Assembly (NCBI GenBank): GCA_946184295.1
Contig: CAMHEZ010000001.1
Span: 137,977 to 201,976, forward strand
Source: an uncultured Clostridia bacterium
Lineage (GTDB): Bacteria > Bacillota > Clostridia > Oscillospirales > Acutalibacteraceae
DNA length: 64,000 bases
Reading direction: 5' to 3'
Position 1 is the stretch's first letter; every line of letters begins with the position of its first letter. Shown in pieces: positions 16,882 through 26,402 of this stretch. The notes beneath the pieces were generated by a model. It was not told where the DNA came from. It was given only the letters and a program-made list of their open reading frames with translations, and did no database searches. Made by a program: the position numbers and the translations under genes.

Positions 16882-18543
16882 TTATTCGTCCCTGAGGAAC
16901 ACGGCGCCCTGCGAGCCGCTGCTGACGTGCTGATAGTAGCGGGCGAGGTAGCCCTTGAGCTTCTTCTCGGGAGCAACCCACGCCGCACGGCGCTTTTCGA
17001 TTTCCTCATCGGCCACTTCGAGCGTTAGAGTGCGGTTGGTGATATCGACGTTAATCATGTCGCCGTCCTGAATCAGACCGATGAGGCCGCCGGCGGCCGC
17101 TTCGGGAGAAACGTGGCCGATGGCCGCGCCGCGGGTCGCGCCGCTGAAACGGCCGTCCGTGATGAGCGCGACGGATTTATCCAGACCCATGCCGACCAAG
17201 GAAGCGGTGGGGTTGAGCATTTCGCGCATACCGGGGCCGCCCTTCGGGCCTTCATAGCGAATGACCACCACGTCGCCTTCCTGAATCTTGCCGCCGAGAA
17301 TCGCCTCGCTGGCGTCCTCTTCGCAGTCGAAGCACTTGGCGGGGCCGCGGTGCTGCATCATCTCAGGCGCCACAGCGCCCTGCTTGACAACCGCGCCGTC
17401 CACGGCGATGTTGCCGCGCAGCACGGCGATACCGCCGTCCTTGCGGTGAGGATTGTCCAGCGTGCGGATCACCTTGCCGTCGGCCTCAGGCGCGTCAGCG
17501 ATTCTGTCGGCCACGGTGCCGGAGACGGTGAGACAGTCGGTGTTGATGAGACCGGCCTTGCTGAGCTCCTTGAGCACTGCCTCAATGCCGCCCATTTCCT
17601 CGAGGTCTTCGATGAAGGTCTGACCGGCGGGGTTGAGCTTGCAGATCTGGGGCGTGGTCTTGCTGATGTCGTCGATGATCTCCATGTTGATGGGGCAGCC
17701 CGCCTCATAGGCGATAGCCGTCAGATGGAGTACGGTGTTGGTGGAGCAGCCCAGCGCCATTTCAGAGCGAAGGGCGTTTTCCAGTGCCTTGGGGGTGATG
17801 ATATCGAGGGGCTTGATGTCCTCTTTGAGCAGCTCGAGCACGCGCTCGCCGGCCATTTTGGCAAGTCTGCGGCGCTTGGCGGAGACGGCCAGACAGGTCG
17901 CCGTGCCGGGCAGGGACATACCGATTGCTTCGGTCAGACAGTTCATGGAGTTGGCGGTGTACATACCGGAGCAGGAGCCGCAGGTCGGACACGCCTTGGT
18001 TTCGAGCTCGAGCAGCTTCTTGGCGTCGATCTTGCCGGCAGAATAGCTGCCAACCGCTTCAAACATCTCGGAAAGGCCGTATTTGTCGCTGTCGCATTTG
18101 CCGGACATCATCGGGCCGCCGCTGATGAAGATGGCGGGGAGATTCATGCGGCAGGCCGCGAGCAGCATACCGGGGACGATCTTGTCGCAGTTGGGAATGA
18201 AGACGACCGCGTCCATGGGGTGCGCGGTGAGCATGACCTCGATGGAATCCGCGATCAGTTCGCGGGAGGGGAGGGAGTACTTCATGCCGGGGTGGTTCAT
18301 GGCCAGACCGTCGCACACGCCGATGGTCTGGAACTCAAACGGCACGCCGCCCGCGTTGCGGATACCCGCCTTGACAGCCTCGCCGATCTCGCGCAGGTGC
18401 ATATGACCGGGAATGTACTCGCTGTAGGAGTTGACAACGCCGATAAAGGGGCGCTTCATTTCGGAATCGGTGATGGAGAGAGCCTTCAGCAGGGAGCGGT
18501 GGGGCGCTCTGGAAGGGCCTTCCTTCAGCATATCGCTTCTCAT
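16882..18543 (-). CDS. ilvD: Dihydroxy-acid dehydratase
   Basis: [21 protein letters not shown]..., CDK(I/N)VPGM, the [15 protein letters not shown] Fe-S cluster motif and C-terminal GAVF. Confidence 0.95.
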   Translation of the reverse strand: MRSDMLKEGPSRAPHRSLLKALSITDSEMKRPFIGVVNSYSEYIPGHMHLREIGEAVKAGIRNAGGVPFEFQTIGVCDGLAMNHPGMKYSLPSRELIADSIEVMLTAHPMDAVVFIPNCDKIVPGMLLAACRMNLPAIFISGGPMMSGKCDSDKYGLSEMFEAVGSYSAGKIDAKKLLELETKACPTCGSCSGMYTANSMNCLTEAIGMSLPGTATCLAVSAKRRRLAKMAGERVLELLKEDIKPLDIITPKALENALRSEMALGCSTNTVLHLTAIAYEAGCPINMEIIDDISKTTPQICKLNPAGQTFIEDLEEMGGIEAVLKELSKAGLINTDCLTVSGTVADRIADAPEADGKVIRTLDNPHRKDGGIAVLRGNIAVDGAVVKQGAVAPEMMQHRGPAKCFDCEEDASEAILGGKIQEGDVVVIRYEGPKGGPGMREMLNPTASLVGMGLDKSVALITDGRFSGATRGAAIGHVSPEAAAGGLIGLIQDGDMINVDITNRTLTLEVADEEIEKRRAAWVAPEKKLKGYLARYYQHVSSGSQGAVFLRDE

Positions 18544-18601
18544 GATACAAATTACCTCTTTCAATGATAGAATAACGGCCAAAAGCCGTGTCGTTCTTTA
18601 T

Positions 18602-18630
18602 ATTGTAAATCCAAATGCCCCGATTGTCAA
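18602..18630 (-). promoter_or_regulatory. Candidate sigma-A promoter of ilvD
   Basis: On the minus strand: TTGACA, 17 nt, TACAAT. Confidence 0.5.
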
Positions 18631-18672
18631 TCACGCGCCGGGAAAAAGGTATCAACGAATCGTTGACAAATC

Positions 18673-20310
18673 TCATTTGCCGATGAGCCGGATATTTTTG
18701 GCCTTGGGCTTGTCGCTGACGAATTGCACGTCTTGAATGTGGTCGATGGCGCCGTCAAACGACGGATCACCAAAGTGCAGGTCGTTCAGTTCGGCGGGCG
18801 GCGGACAGTCCTTGGGGGATTCCAGCGGAACAGGCGAGATGAAGCGGGAGCCGTTTTTGCTCCGCTTGGCGTTGCCCTGTTCCAGCGCGAGCGCATATTC
18901 CCACTCCTTGCGCACCTCGTCGGATGCCTTGGAATTTTGCGACCAGAAGAGCAGGAACACGTCCGCCTTCTGAATGGCGGTGAGAATCGCGGGTCGCCAC
19001 TGGTCGCCCGCCGTCATGCTCTGACTGTCCATCCAGAAACGCAGCTTGGGCGCGACACTCTGAATGGCATACAGCTGTTCCACTACCCGCGCCCTGTCCT
19101 TGCTGGAATACGACACGAAGGCGCGGCGGCTGTCCTTGCGCACGAAGCGCACGGGGACGCGCTTGGCGGTATTGACCGGAACGGAGAAGTACAGGCGCGT
19201 GATGTGAATGCCGTCAAAGAGTACCTCACAGGCGAAATTGACCAGCTTCTTCTCATATGTATCCGGCAGGGAGAAGCGAAACTGAAAATCCAGCGCGTCG
19301 CCGTTCCAGATCAGCGTCTCGCTGTCCTCCTCGACGAGCGCGTCACGTGACGACAGCACCACCGTCACGCTGCTGCCCTGCCGCACCGATACGCTGCTGC
19401 CCGTCCGGGCGGCCTCTGTGACCTGTTCCTTGGCGGCCTTGATGGCTCTGTCCACGATTTTGCGCTGGCTCTTGGTATACATAAACACATCTACGAGCGA
19501 ATCGCCGCCCGGCTTGACCTGTTGCGGCGCAATCACGGAGAAATCCACCTTGTTGATTTTCGCCGGCTTGACGACTTGGGCAATGGGAACCGTAACCGGC
19601 GGAACCTGCCGTTGTTTCCCGGGCTTGTTTGGCAAGCTGGGGAGCGAGGGCATGGGAGCGGGCGTGGGGGACGGCATAGGCGCTTCTTCCAGGGAGATTT
19701 CCTCCATGTCGGCGGCGCGCCGTGCTCGTGACAGTCCGCCGTTGGCGGGGAGATACGTCTGAGCGCCGAAAATCTCGTCGGACGACGGCAGACTGTTGTC
19801 TGATTCCGCCGCATCCGGCAGGACGGCCGCGGCGTCCTCTTCCGTGTCGGCAATGCACTGTTTGGGTGCTTCACGCGCCAGCTGTTCCTGCACCCAGCCC
19901 ACCAGCTCATATATTTCAAACCGCGAGAAGGAGCGGTATTGCTGCAAGCCCTCGGGGAGTTGCTCTTTTTCGAGATCGAGCAGGTAGGTCGCAATCCGCC
20001 ATTTCTGCTTCTGCTCGCTGTAGACCGCCTGGATAAAGGCATCATAATCGCCCCGCACTGTCGAAGAAGCAAGGTTGGGCACGCTGCACCCGGCCATAAT
20101 CAATATCACAGCTTCTCTGGCGGCTTGCCGTGCTTCCTCGTCCGCTGTCTGCGCCCTGTGGAAAAACACCGTTATGCCCTTTTCGGCCAGCCGTTTGCAA
20201 AGCTGCCGCGCCAGCAGAAAGTCGCGTGTTCTTTGGCCGTTTTCGTCCTTTTCCAGACAGCTCAGATAGACCTGATACGGCTGCCGGTCCTGCATTTTTT
20301 CGTTTTCCAT
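18673..20310 (-). CDS. TIR-domain protein (TIR-like N-domain, Pro-rich linker, beta-rich middle, C-terminal TIR)
   Basis: C-terminal RRAFVSYSSKDRARVVEQLY...ADVFLLFWSQNSKASDEVRKEWEYAL is a clear bacterial TIR. The N-terminal YQVYLSC..D...LCKRLAEKGITVFF is TIR-like. GAGGTG RBS before the ATG at 20310. Confidence 0.8.
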   Translation of the reverse strand: MENEKMQDRQPYQVYLSCLEKDENGQRTRDFLLARQLCKRLAEKGITVFFHRAQTADEEARQAAREAVILIMAGCSVPNLASSTVRGDYDAFIQAVYSEQKQKWRIATYLLDLEKEQLPEGLQQYRSFSRFEIYELVGWVQEQLAREAPKQCIADTEEDAAAVLPDAAESDNSLPSSDEIFGAQTYLPANGGLSRARRAADMEEISLEEAPMPSPTPAPMPSLPSLPNKPGKQRQVPPVTVPIAQVVKPAKINKVDFSVIAPQQVKPGGDSLVDVFMYTKSQRKIVDRAIKAAKEQVTEAARTGSSVSVRQGSSVTVVLSSRDALVEEDSETLIWNGDALDFQFRFSLPDTYEKKLVNFACEVLFDGIHITRLYFSVPVNTAKRVPVRFVRKDSRRAFVSYSSKDRARVVEQLYAIQSVAPKLRFWMDSQSMTAGDQWRPAILTAIQKADVFLLFWSQNSKASDEVRKEWEYALALEQGNAKRSKNGSRFISPVPLESPKDCPPPAELNDLHFGDPSFDGAIDHIQDVQFVSDKPKAKNIRLIGK

Positions 20311-20489
20311 GCAATAACACCTCACGATGTAGTTTTTTAACTGCCTTTATTATAGCATATCTCCGGTTGATTTCAACAATTTTGTATAAAATAGTGCAAA
20401 ATCGGGTTGGAAGCCTTTTTTTGTGTGTTGTCTTAGGTCTGTCATAAAAAAAGATGTCATAAAAAAATCTGAAAAAATAAAAAAAACAC

Positions 20490-20518
20490 TTGACAAATTG
20501 AAATGAGTGTAGTATAGT
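20490..20518 (+). promoter_or_regulatory. Sigma-A type promoter of the tRNA pair
   Basis: TTGACA (20490-20495), 17 nt, TATAGT (20513-20518), preceded by an A/T-rich UP-like tract. Confidence 0.6.
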
Positions 20519-20566
20519 ATATAAGCACTTGTCGAGGGCGCTGAGGATCGCTTGTCCGACGGATAT

Positions 20567-20642
20567 GCTGGTGTAGCTCAGTTGGTAGAGCAGCTGATTT
20601 GTAATCAGCAGGTCGGGGGTTCAAGTCCGTCCACCAGCTCCA
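20567..20642 (+). tRNA. tRNA-Thr (anticodon TGT)
   Basis: 76 nt. Acceptor GCTGGTG/CACCAGC, D-arm GCTC-AGTTGGTA-GAGC, anticodon arm GCTGA-TTTGTAA-TCAGC, encoded CCA. The T-stem has one G-G mismatch. Confidence 0.85.
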
Positions 20643-20670
20643 CTTTTCTTCAGTTGCTTCAACCGGATAT

Positions 20671-20755
20671 GGGAGAGTTCCCGAGTGGCCAAAGGGAACA
20701 GACTGTAAATCTGTCGCGTCTCGCTTCGGTGGTTCGAATCCACCCTCTCCCACCA
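20671..20755 (+). tRNA. tRNA-Tyr (anticodon GTA)
   Basis: 85 nt. Acceptor GGGAGAG/CTCTCCC, anticodon arm ACAGA-CTGTAAA-TCTGT, a long variable arm, T-arm GGTGG-TTCGAAT-CCACC, encoded CCA. Confidence 0.9.
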
Positions 20756-20779
20756 ACAGCGCTGCTGACGCAGCTAAGA

Positions 20780-20880
20780 GAATAGTGAATGGTGAAGAGT
20801 GAATAGTGAATAGTGTTCATCGGATTGGTCGGAGCGCTGTTGTACTATTCACTCTTCACTATTATTTATTCATTATTCAT
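20780..20880. repeat. GAATAGTGAATA-type repeat forming a long hairpin after the tRNAs
   Basis: GTGAAGAGTGAATAGT (20792-20807) pairs perfectly with ACTATTCACTCTTCAC (20844-20859). Related units lie at 1752-1781. Confidence 0.6.
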
Positions 20881-20912
20881 TAATGCTAAGTATCAGAAAA
20901 GGAGATGCCGCT

Positions 20913-21389
20913 ATGATGAAAAGATGTTACAAAGCTGTCGGATTGGTTGTCGCGCTGGCGATGACTTTGACCGTTTCCTCGTGCAGTGCCGCTGCGCCGG
21001 CCAATAACGCTTCCAACTCCGATATGCCGGTTTCCTCGGTGGAATCGGCGGAGGTGCTGACTGAAACGGCGCTGGAAGCGCAGGTCAAAGAGGATACCTT
21101 TCAGGAGCAGGTGAAAACGCTCTCCGAATCCTACGAGGCACAGGGCATGAAGCTGGATATCACCGCGGAAGGCAATACATTGGTCTACACTTGCACCTAT
21201 ACAGTGGACGGCGTGGACATTGAAGAAGCCCGAACCGCGCTTAAGAATTACTTGGACAGCGACACCATGACCAAATCCATTGAAGAGGTTTTGGAGAGCA
21301 TCAGAAAAAGTGTGCCTGAGACGGAGTCCGTCAAGGTGGTTTATGTGGACAACGACGGTCAGGAAATTGCCTCCAAGGAATACAAATAA
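20913..21389 (+). CDS. Small secreted lipoprotein
   Basis: MMKRCYKAVGLVVALAMTLTVSSC is a signal peptide plus lipobox. AAAGGAG RBS. Confidence 0.7.
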   Translation: MMKRCYKAVGLVVALAMTLTVSSCSAAAPANNASNSDMPVSSVESAEVLTETALEAQVKEDTFQEQVKTLSESYEAQGMKLDITAEGNTLVYTCTYTVDGVDIEEARTALKNYLDSDTMTKSIEEVLESIRKSVPETESVKVVYVDNDGQEIASKEYK

Positions 21390-21411
21390 CGTATTTTGTC
21401 ATTTCATCGTC

Positions 21412-21450
21412 AAAAAAGTGGCTGAGGGCGACCCCTTCAGCCACTTTTTA
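21412..21450. terminator. Bidirectional intrinsic terminator
   Basis: AAAAAAGTGGCTGAGGG-CGA-CCCCTTCAGCCACTTTTTA sits between convergent genes. Confidence 0.7.
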
Positions 21451-21477
21451 TTTCATTTGTGCTAAGCATTCCCTCAA

Positions 21478-22962
21478 TTATGCAAGGTTCTGATACAGCA
21501 CGTCTAACGCCTTGTTGCTTTCGCATTCAAAATCCGGTGTAACCAGTTTGTCAGTCGTTTCACTGTCGATGCGGTAGAACTTTTTGGTGGATACCTGGAA
21601 GTACAGTCCGGAATTGGGGAGCTGGAAAACCGCCACGTCACCGTAGCCGCTGGGCGTGTTGCCGGGTGCCTCGCCGATGAGGAGACCCAGGTCATTGTCC
21701 TTGATATACTCCGCAAACATCATGGCGGAGGAAAAGCTGCCCGCGTCGGTCAGCACAAACACATCGTCCTTAAATGTGAGACCGTAATATTTATGGTTGG
21801 CAACCACGGTGTTGTCAAAGGGAATATTGAAAAATCCCAGCCGCCATTGGCTTTTTTCGGTGCGATACTGCGACGCGTCCAGATAACGGATAAACTCATT
21901 GGCGACCAGTGACGAACCGCCGCCGTTGCCCCGCAGGTCTACCGCCACATTCCGGATATCTTTGGCTTTGACCTCGGTAAACATCTCGCTGAGGCAGTCG
22001 ATGTATTCCTCATTGTAATCGCAGGATCTGAGCGTGAGCAGGGCAAGGCTCTTGCTTTCGTCAATCGTATAGCTGACAAACTGTTCCTCTTCCGTATTCG
22101 CCGGGCGGACGGTGCGGTTGAGCGCCATGTAGTCATCGTAGAGCAGGAAGTTATCCGCTGTGTAGGCTTCGGTGTCTCTGGCGCCGTCACTGTTTTCCCA
22201 GGTGTATTTCACGCCGTTGGGGTCAATGCCCAGAAAATCCAAGCCGCTCAGGGTGTAGAGGTTCTGCCGCAGTCCGTTAATGCCCCAACCGTTCACTTCG
22301 TAGGAGAAGAGCGACTTCTTCTCATTGAAAATTGTCTCCAGGGGCATACCGTTGACAGAAACCAGTTTCCAGCCGCCGCTCTTGCGGGCGTCGATGGTTT
22401 CCAGATAACGCTCATTTTCCCATTTGCCCCATGCCGTGGTGTGAGCGTCGTTGAGCGAACCCAGAAGCTGCTGCGCTTCGCGACGCACGTCGTTGACGGT
22501 GATTTCGTGGGCGTTTCCGAGGCGTTCCAGCGCGTCCTGATATTTAACCTGTAAGTTGTGTCGGTCGCGCTCCAGAAATACCGGGTGGCACTTGCGGAAA
22601 TAGCGCATCATATAATCGAGGTCGTCTTTGGCCTGCTCATAGGTGAGCAGCTCATCATAGGGTTCTGTAGCGCTGCCACCCCGCAGCAGCAGGGAGTTCC
22701 AGTAGGGATTGCAGTAGGAACCGAGCAGCGAAAAGGTGATGACCGGTATCGCCGCGATCACCAAAAGCGCTTTATAGAGCTTTCGGGGGTCGAATTTCTC
22801 GACAAATCCGCCGTTGACGATCACCAGCAGACCGACCGCCAGCAGCATGACCCATTCCGGAAACGGATAATAATACAGGTTCAACGGAACCAGTGCCGCG
22901 ACAGCGAGCATCAGGAGCAAGTCCGCCGCCAGATAAAGTCTTCGCCATAGCTTTTTCTTCAT
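21478..22962 (-). CDS. S41-family (tail-specific/C-terminal processing type) peptidase, membrane anchored
   Basis: N-terminal TM helices. VAVDLRGNGGGSS and VFVLTDAGSFSSAMMFAEYIK match the S41 catalytic region. Confidence 0.8.
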   Translation of the reverse strand: MKKKLWRRLYLAADLLLMLAVAALVPLNLYYYPFPEWVMLLAVGLLVIVNGGFVEKFDPRKLYKALLVIAAIPVITFSLLGSYCNPYWNSLLLRGGSATEPYDELLTYEQAKDDLDYMMRYFRKCHPVFLERDRHNLQVKYQDALERLGNAHEITVNDVRREAQQLLGSLNDAHTTAWGKWENERYLETIDARKSGGWKLVSVNGMPLETIFNEKKSLFSYEVNGWGINGLRQNLYTLSGLDFLGIDPNGVKYTWENSDGARDTEAYTADNFLLYDDYMALNRTVRPANTEEEQFVSYTIDESKSLALLTLRSCDYNEEYIDCLSEMFTEVKAKDIRNVAVDLRGNGGGSSLVANEFIRYLDASQYRTEKSQWRLGFFNIPFDNTVVANHKYYGLTFKDDVFVLTDAGSFSSAMMFAEYIKDNDLGLLIGEAPGNTPSGYGDVAVFQLPNSGLYFQVSTKKFYRIDSETTDKLVTPDFECESNKALDVLYQNLA

Positions 22963-23064
22963 AATAGTAACCCCTCTCTTGTTCTTTCTTTCATCATATC
23001 ATATTCCGTCGTAAAAATCAACTCACACCGCATTGCGGTTTTCCGAAATCGAAACATTTTCACG

Positions 23065-23502
23065 TTATTTGGAAAACACCTTCTTTGGGAAGGGTTTGAA
23101 TTTGTCGTTGGAGCAAAAGATTTCTTTGAGTTCCCCGCTGCATTCGGTGAGACTGCCGTGCTGCTCCTGCGAACCGTCGGCGTAATGCAGCAGCGTATAG
23201 CCCTTGCTGCCCACCAGATAGAGGCTTTGCGCTCCTTCGTCATGATAATATTGGAAAATATCCGGTTCAATCTGCCCGTCGTTTTCAAGGTCGAGCAGGA
23301 AGTACAGATAGATGTATTTTCCCTCGGTCGTGTCGCAGACCGAGCGGCGAATCTGAAATCGTCCCACGCCGAGACGCAGTTCCGTTTCGGGGGTGTTGGG
23401 ATACAGCTCCTCATAATTGATTGGCGGTGGTGGTGGTGGCGGCGGGTTATCGGACGCTACCAGAATAATGGCGACAATAACAAAAATAAAAAATACAAGC
23501 AC
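23065..23502 (-). CDS. Hypothetical membrane-anchored protein with P8 tract
   Basis: 145 aa: an N-terminal TM, PPPPPPPP, then a soluble domain. I recognise no family. Confidence 0.55.
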   Translation of the reverse strand: MLVFFIFVIVAIILVASDNPPPPPPPPINYEELYPNTPETELRLGVGRFQIRRSVCDTTEGKYIYLYFLLDLENDGQIEPDIFQYYHDEGAQSLYLVGSKGYTLLHYADGSQEQHGSLTECSGELKEIFCSNDKFKPFPKKVFSK

Positions 23503-23599
23503 GGTTTCTCACCTCCGAAACCATTATACAACCGTGCTTGTATTTTGTCAAAGCTTGCGACATTATTCTACACAAAAATTTTGATGGAAGATATCCATG

Positions 23600-24244
23600 T
23601 TATGACAGCCAACTGACGGCAGTCCATATCACATCAAGACCGTTGCCAAGCAGATTGGCGATAAAATGGGCTGTCATGACCACATAGACGTTTTTTGTCT
23701 TGATATAGGCAATGCTCATGGGAACAGCCAGCAGCATCGTGGTCAAAATGCCAAACGGCGCGGTGGCGTGCTCCAGCGCATACAGGAACATACTGAGCAG
23801 TGTGGTGATGACCAAGGCAGCCTTGCCGCGGTCGGTGACAATCATGCTGCTGCGGTAGAAGGCTTCCTCCGCCAGCGGCGGCATGATGATGGTAGAAACG
23901 GCAAACAGCAGCAGTGTTCCCCATGTGTTGCGCACCAGTCCGATGGAACCGGTGGGAAGTTCGGGAAACAGACTTTCGGCGGCCACAGCCATGCCAAATG
24001 CCGCCAGAAACCCCAGCAGCGTGAGGCCGACTGCCTTCCAGAAATTGCGGCCGGAATGTAAATTTTCGCCCCATTTTCGGAAGGAAATCTCCCTCCGGGC
24101 GAGAAAATATACCACTATCCCTAAATAAAATACAAAATTGGTATAGATGACATACCTTTTGGCGATAAAAAAGCATGAAGCGACAAACGCCAATTCCCAC
24201 ATAGTGGGAAACATGTTTTTTTGCATATATGTTTTGATTGTCAT
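23600..24244 (-). CDS. CPBP-family intramembrane glutamic endopeptidase (CAAX protease-like)
   Basis: AEEAFYRS and LYALEHA plus the C-terminal HFIANLL motifs. AGGAGG RBS before the ATG at 24244. Confidence 0.8.
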   Translation of the reverse strand: MTIKTYMQKNMFPTMWELAFVASCFFIAKRYVIYTNFVFYLGIVVYFLARREISFRKWGENLHSGRNFWKAVGLTLLGFLAAFGMAVAAESLFPELPTGSIGLVRNTWGTLLLFAVSTIIMPPLAEEAFYRSSMIVTDRGKAALVITTLLSMFLYALEHATAPFGILTTMLLAVPMSIAYIKTKNVYVVMTAHFIANLLGNGLDVIWTAVSWLS

Positions 24245-24333
24245 AGGCCCTCCTGCTGCGTATGGAAATGCGGGGGGCCAGCGTATACACGCGGCTCCCC
24301 GCATAACCTTTATCACGCATTACACGTTATACA

Positions 24334-25341
24334 TTATGAATTGACAATTGACACCTTGCCCATGACGTTATCAATGGTGACGGTGTGCTCGCCCTTCTTG
24401 CTGTTTTTGGCGATGACCACGCCCACCACGTTGTCCTTCTTGACTTTGAAGGTGCAGCCTTCGGGGAGTGTGACGGACACATCACCCATGACATTTTTCA
24501 CGCTGCAATCGTCGGCGAGGTTGATCTCAGACACAATATCCGCTTTGCCCGCGATGTTCTCGATGTTGAAGCTGCCGACACTGCCGTCAATGTTGACCTT
24601 GCCCGCGCCGTCCTTGACGGTCAGGGTGTTGAACTTGCCGTTTTCAAACGTGACCTTGCCCGCTACGTCGGAGATGGTCAGCTCATCAGCGGTGAGATTG
24701 GTGAGCGTCACCTTGCCGGAGACATTTTTTGCCGTGACCTTGACGAGTGTCAGCGGCAGATTGCCATCTACCTTGCCCGCGACGTCTTCCAGCTTGACGG
24801 CGCCGGCGTAATTGGCGGGAATGGCGAGTGTGATCTGGGGCGCTTCCTTGGCGCGGGTGCGCAGGTTGCGGAAGCGGATGGTGGCCTTGTCGGTGCTGTC
24901 GTTGTAGGCAAATTCGATATCCGGGATATTTTTGCCTTCGAGGTTGGCGGCGGATTTCACCACACAGGACTTGTTGATGTCGCCGTCAAAGGTGAGATGA
25001 ATCTGTTCGTCCTCCGCAATCTCGAAGATCAGCTCCACCGGCATATCCTCAATCTCGATGGTGCCGGCGCCGGAGGGCATGTCGATCTGCCCCTCCGCGT
25101 GGCTGCCCACCATCGCGCTGTGGTCGCTGAACGAGAAGAGATTGCTGATGGGCGAATCGTTAATCATCACGATATCGCTCATGGAAACGTATTCCGAGAC
25201 GATATCCCATGAAAAATCCCCCGCGCCGCGGACAATGCAGCCCACGCCGATGGCAAAGGTGACAATAAAGGTGATAAAGAGCGAGACGGCTCCGATAATC
25301 TTTCTAATCAAAATGATCCCTCCGTTATCATTTTCTTGCAT
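24334..25341 (-). CDS. DUF4097-family beta-helical repeat protein, membrane anchored
   Basis: Repeated (A/V)GKV(T/N/D) beta-strand units (VSGKVTLTNL, VAGKVTFENG, GAGKVNIDGS, IAGKADIVSE). An alternative TTG start at 25311 (GGAGGG 6 nt upstream) overlaps the upstream stop. Confidence 0.75.
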   Translation of the reverse strand: MQENDNGGIILIRKIIGAVSLFITFIVTFAIGVGCIVRGAGDFSWDIVSEYVSMSDIVMINDSPISNLFSFSDHSAMVGSHAEGQIDMPSGAGTIEIEDMPVELIFEIAEDEQIHLTFDGDINKSCVVKSAANLEGKNIPDIEFAYNDSTDKATIRFRNLRTRAKEAPQITLAIPANYAGAVKLEDVAGKVDGNLPLTLVKVTAKNVSGKVTLTNLTADELTISDVAGKVTFENGKFNTLTVKDGAGKVNIDGSVGSFNIENIAGKADIVSEINLADDCSVKNVMGDVSVTLPEGCTFKVKKDNVVGVVIAKNSKKGEHTVTIDNVMGKVSIVNS

Positions 25342-26402
25342 TCCTTGATGCAGTACTTGATGAGCTTGACGAACAGCTTGGTGCCTTCAATGGCGCCCAT
25401 GACGAGCAGGCCGGTGAGTGCGAGGAAGGAAATACCGATGAAAATCAGGCCCATGCAGATCCAGAGGCTTTCCGCGCTGAACGCCGTACCGACGGCAATC
25501 AGTGAGCCACCTGCCGCGGCAAACGCGACGATCGCGCCGTAAAGTCCCACCAGCAGGCTGACAATGGTGCTGCCAACCGTGGGAATCAGCACCACGCAAA
25601 GCGCGATGACAACGATGATGCCGGTCGAATTGTACTTGCTCTCGGCCTTGGGGGAATCCTGATATTGCCGTTCCTCGGCCTGTCGGTCATAGTCCACATA
25701 GCCGCTGTTCTGATAGCCTGACTGGGGGTAATTGGGCTGTGGAGCATAAGTCTGCTGCGGATTCTGTGCCTGCGTGTAATTCTGAATGCCGACATCGTAC
25801 ACATTCACATTACGTTCGGGAACATATGTGCCGCCCGGCTGCGCCTCTGTCTGTGCCGTCCGATAGGGGTTGGTCTGCGTTGTCTGTGCGGGGCGCGGCT
25901 GTGCCGCATAGCCCTGCGTGGTGCCGGTTGCAGCGGGACGGGGCTGTGTCGCGTAGCCCTGAGCGGTGCCGGTTGCGGCGGGACGGGGCTGTGTCGCGTA
26001 GCTCTGCGAAGTGCCGGTTGCAGCGGGACGGGGCTGTGTCGCGTAGCTCTGCGAAGTGTCGGTTGCGGCGGGACGGGGCTGTGTCGCGTAGCTCTGTGTG
26101 GTGCCGGTCGCCGCCGGACGGGAAGCGGCAGCCGCTGTCGCCGTTGTCGCCGCCGTGGCTGCGGTTGTTGCGGTCGCGGGGCGGGTGGGATAGGTGGGTA
26201 CCTTGGGCTTTTCACCGTCAAGGAACTGGTTGGCCACGTCATAGGGAGAGCCGAGCGAGGCGGCAATCTGCGATTCGGTCTTGCCGTTTTCGAGTCCGAC
26301 GCGAAAATGCTCCTCGTAATCGCTGAGAATGTCAGCCTTCTCGGACGCGCTCATGGTGACGAGGTACTGATCGAGTGCTTCGAGGTACTCTTTTCTGGTC
26401 AT
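25308..26402 (-). CDS. DUF1700 (HAAS-type) membrane protein with Pro/Thr/Gln-rich repeat linker
   Basis: MTRKEYLEALDQYLVTMSASEKADILSDYEEHFRVGLENGKTESQIAASLGSPYDVANQF is the DUF1700 head. It has C-terminal TM helices, and the ATGA overlaps the padR stop. Confidence 0.75.
   Translation of the reverse strand: MTRKEYLEALDQYLVTMSASEKADILSDYEEHFRVGLENGKTESQIAASLGSPYDVANQFLDGEKPKVPTYPTRPATATTAATAATTATAAAASRPAATGTTQSYATQPRPAATDTSQSYATQPRPAATGTSQSYATQPRPAATGTAQGYATQPRPAATGTTQGYAAQPRPAQTTQTNPYRTAQTEAQPGGTYVPERNVNVYDVGIQNYTQAQNPQQTYAPQPNYPQSGYQNSGYVDYDRQAEERQYQDSPKAESKYNSTGIIVVIALCVVLIPTVGSTIVSLLVGLYGAIVAFAAAGGSLIAVGTAFSAESLWICMGLIFIGISFLALTGLLVMGAIEGTKLFVKLIKYCIKECKKMITEGSF
25896..26120 (-). repeat. 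5 x 45-bp in-frame tandem repeat
   Basis: Five consecutive units encode RPAATGT(T/S/A)Q(S/G)YA(T/A)QP. Confidence 0.8.

Noticed and set aside
20567-20642. tRNA-Thr as a possible pseudogene because of a G-G mismatch in the T-stem.
   Set aside because: All other arms, the anticodon loop, the T-loop (TTCAAGT) and the encoded CCA are canonical. It also shares a promoter with an intact tRNA-Tyr. A single stem mismatch is tolerated in many functional tRNAs.
18673-20755. The TIR gene as cargo of a tRNA-targeted genomic island.
   Set aside because: The gene lies on the 5' side of the tRNA pair. No integrase gene and no duplicated tRNA 3' end are visible, and its base composition looks like the surrounding core genes.
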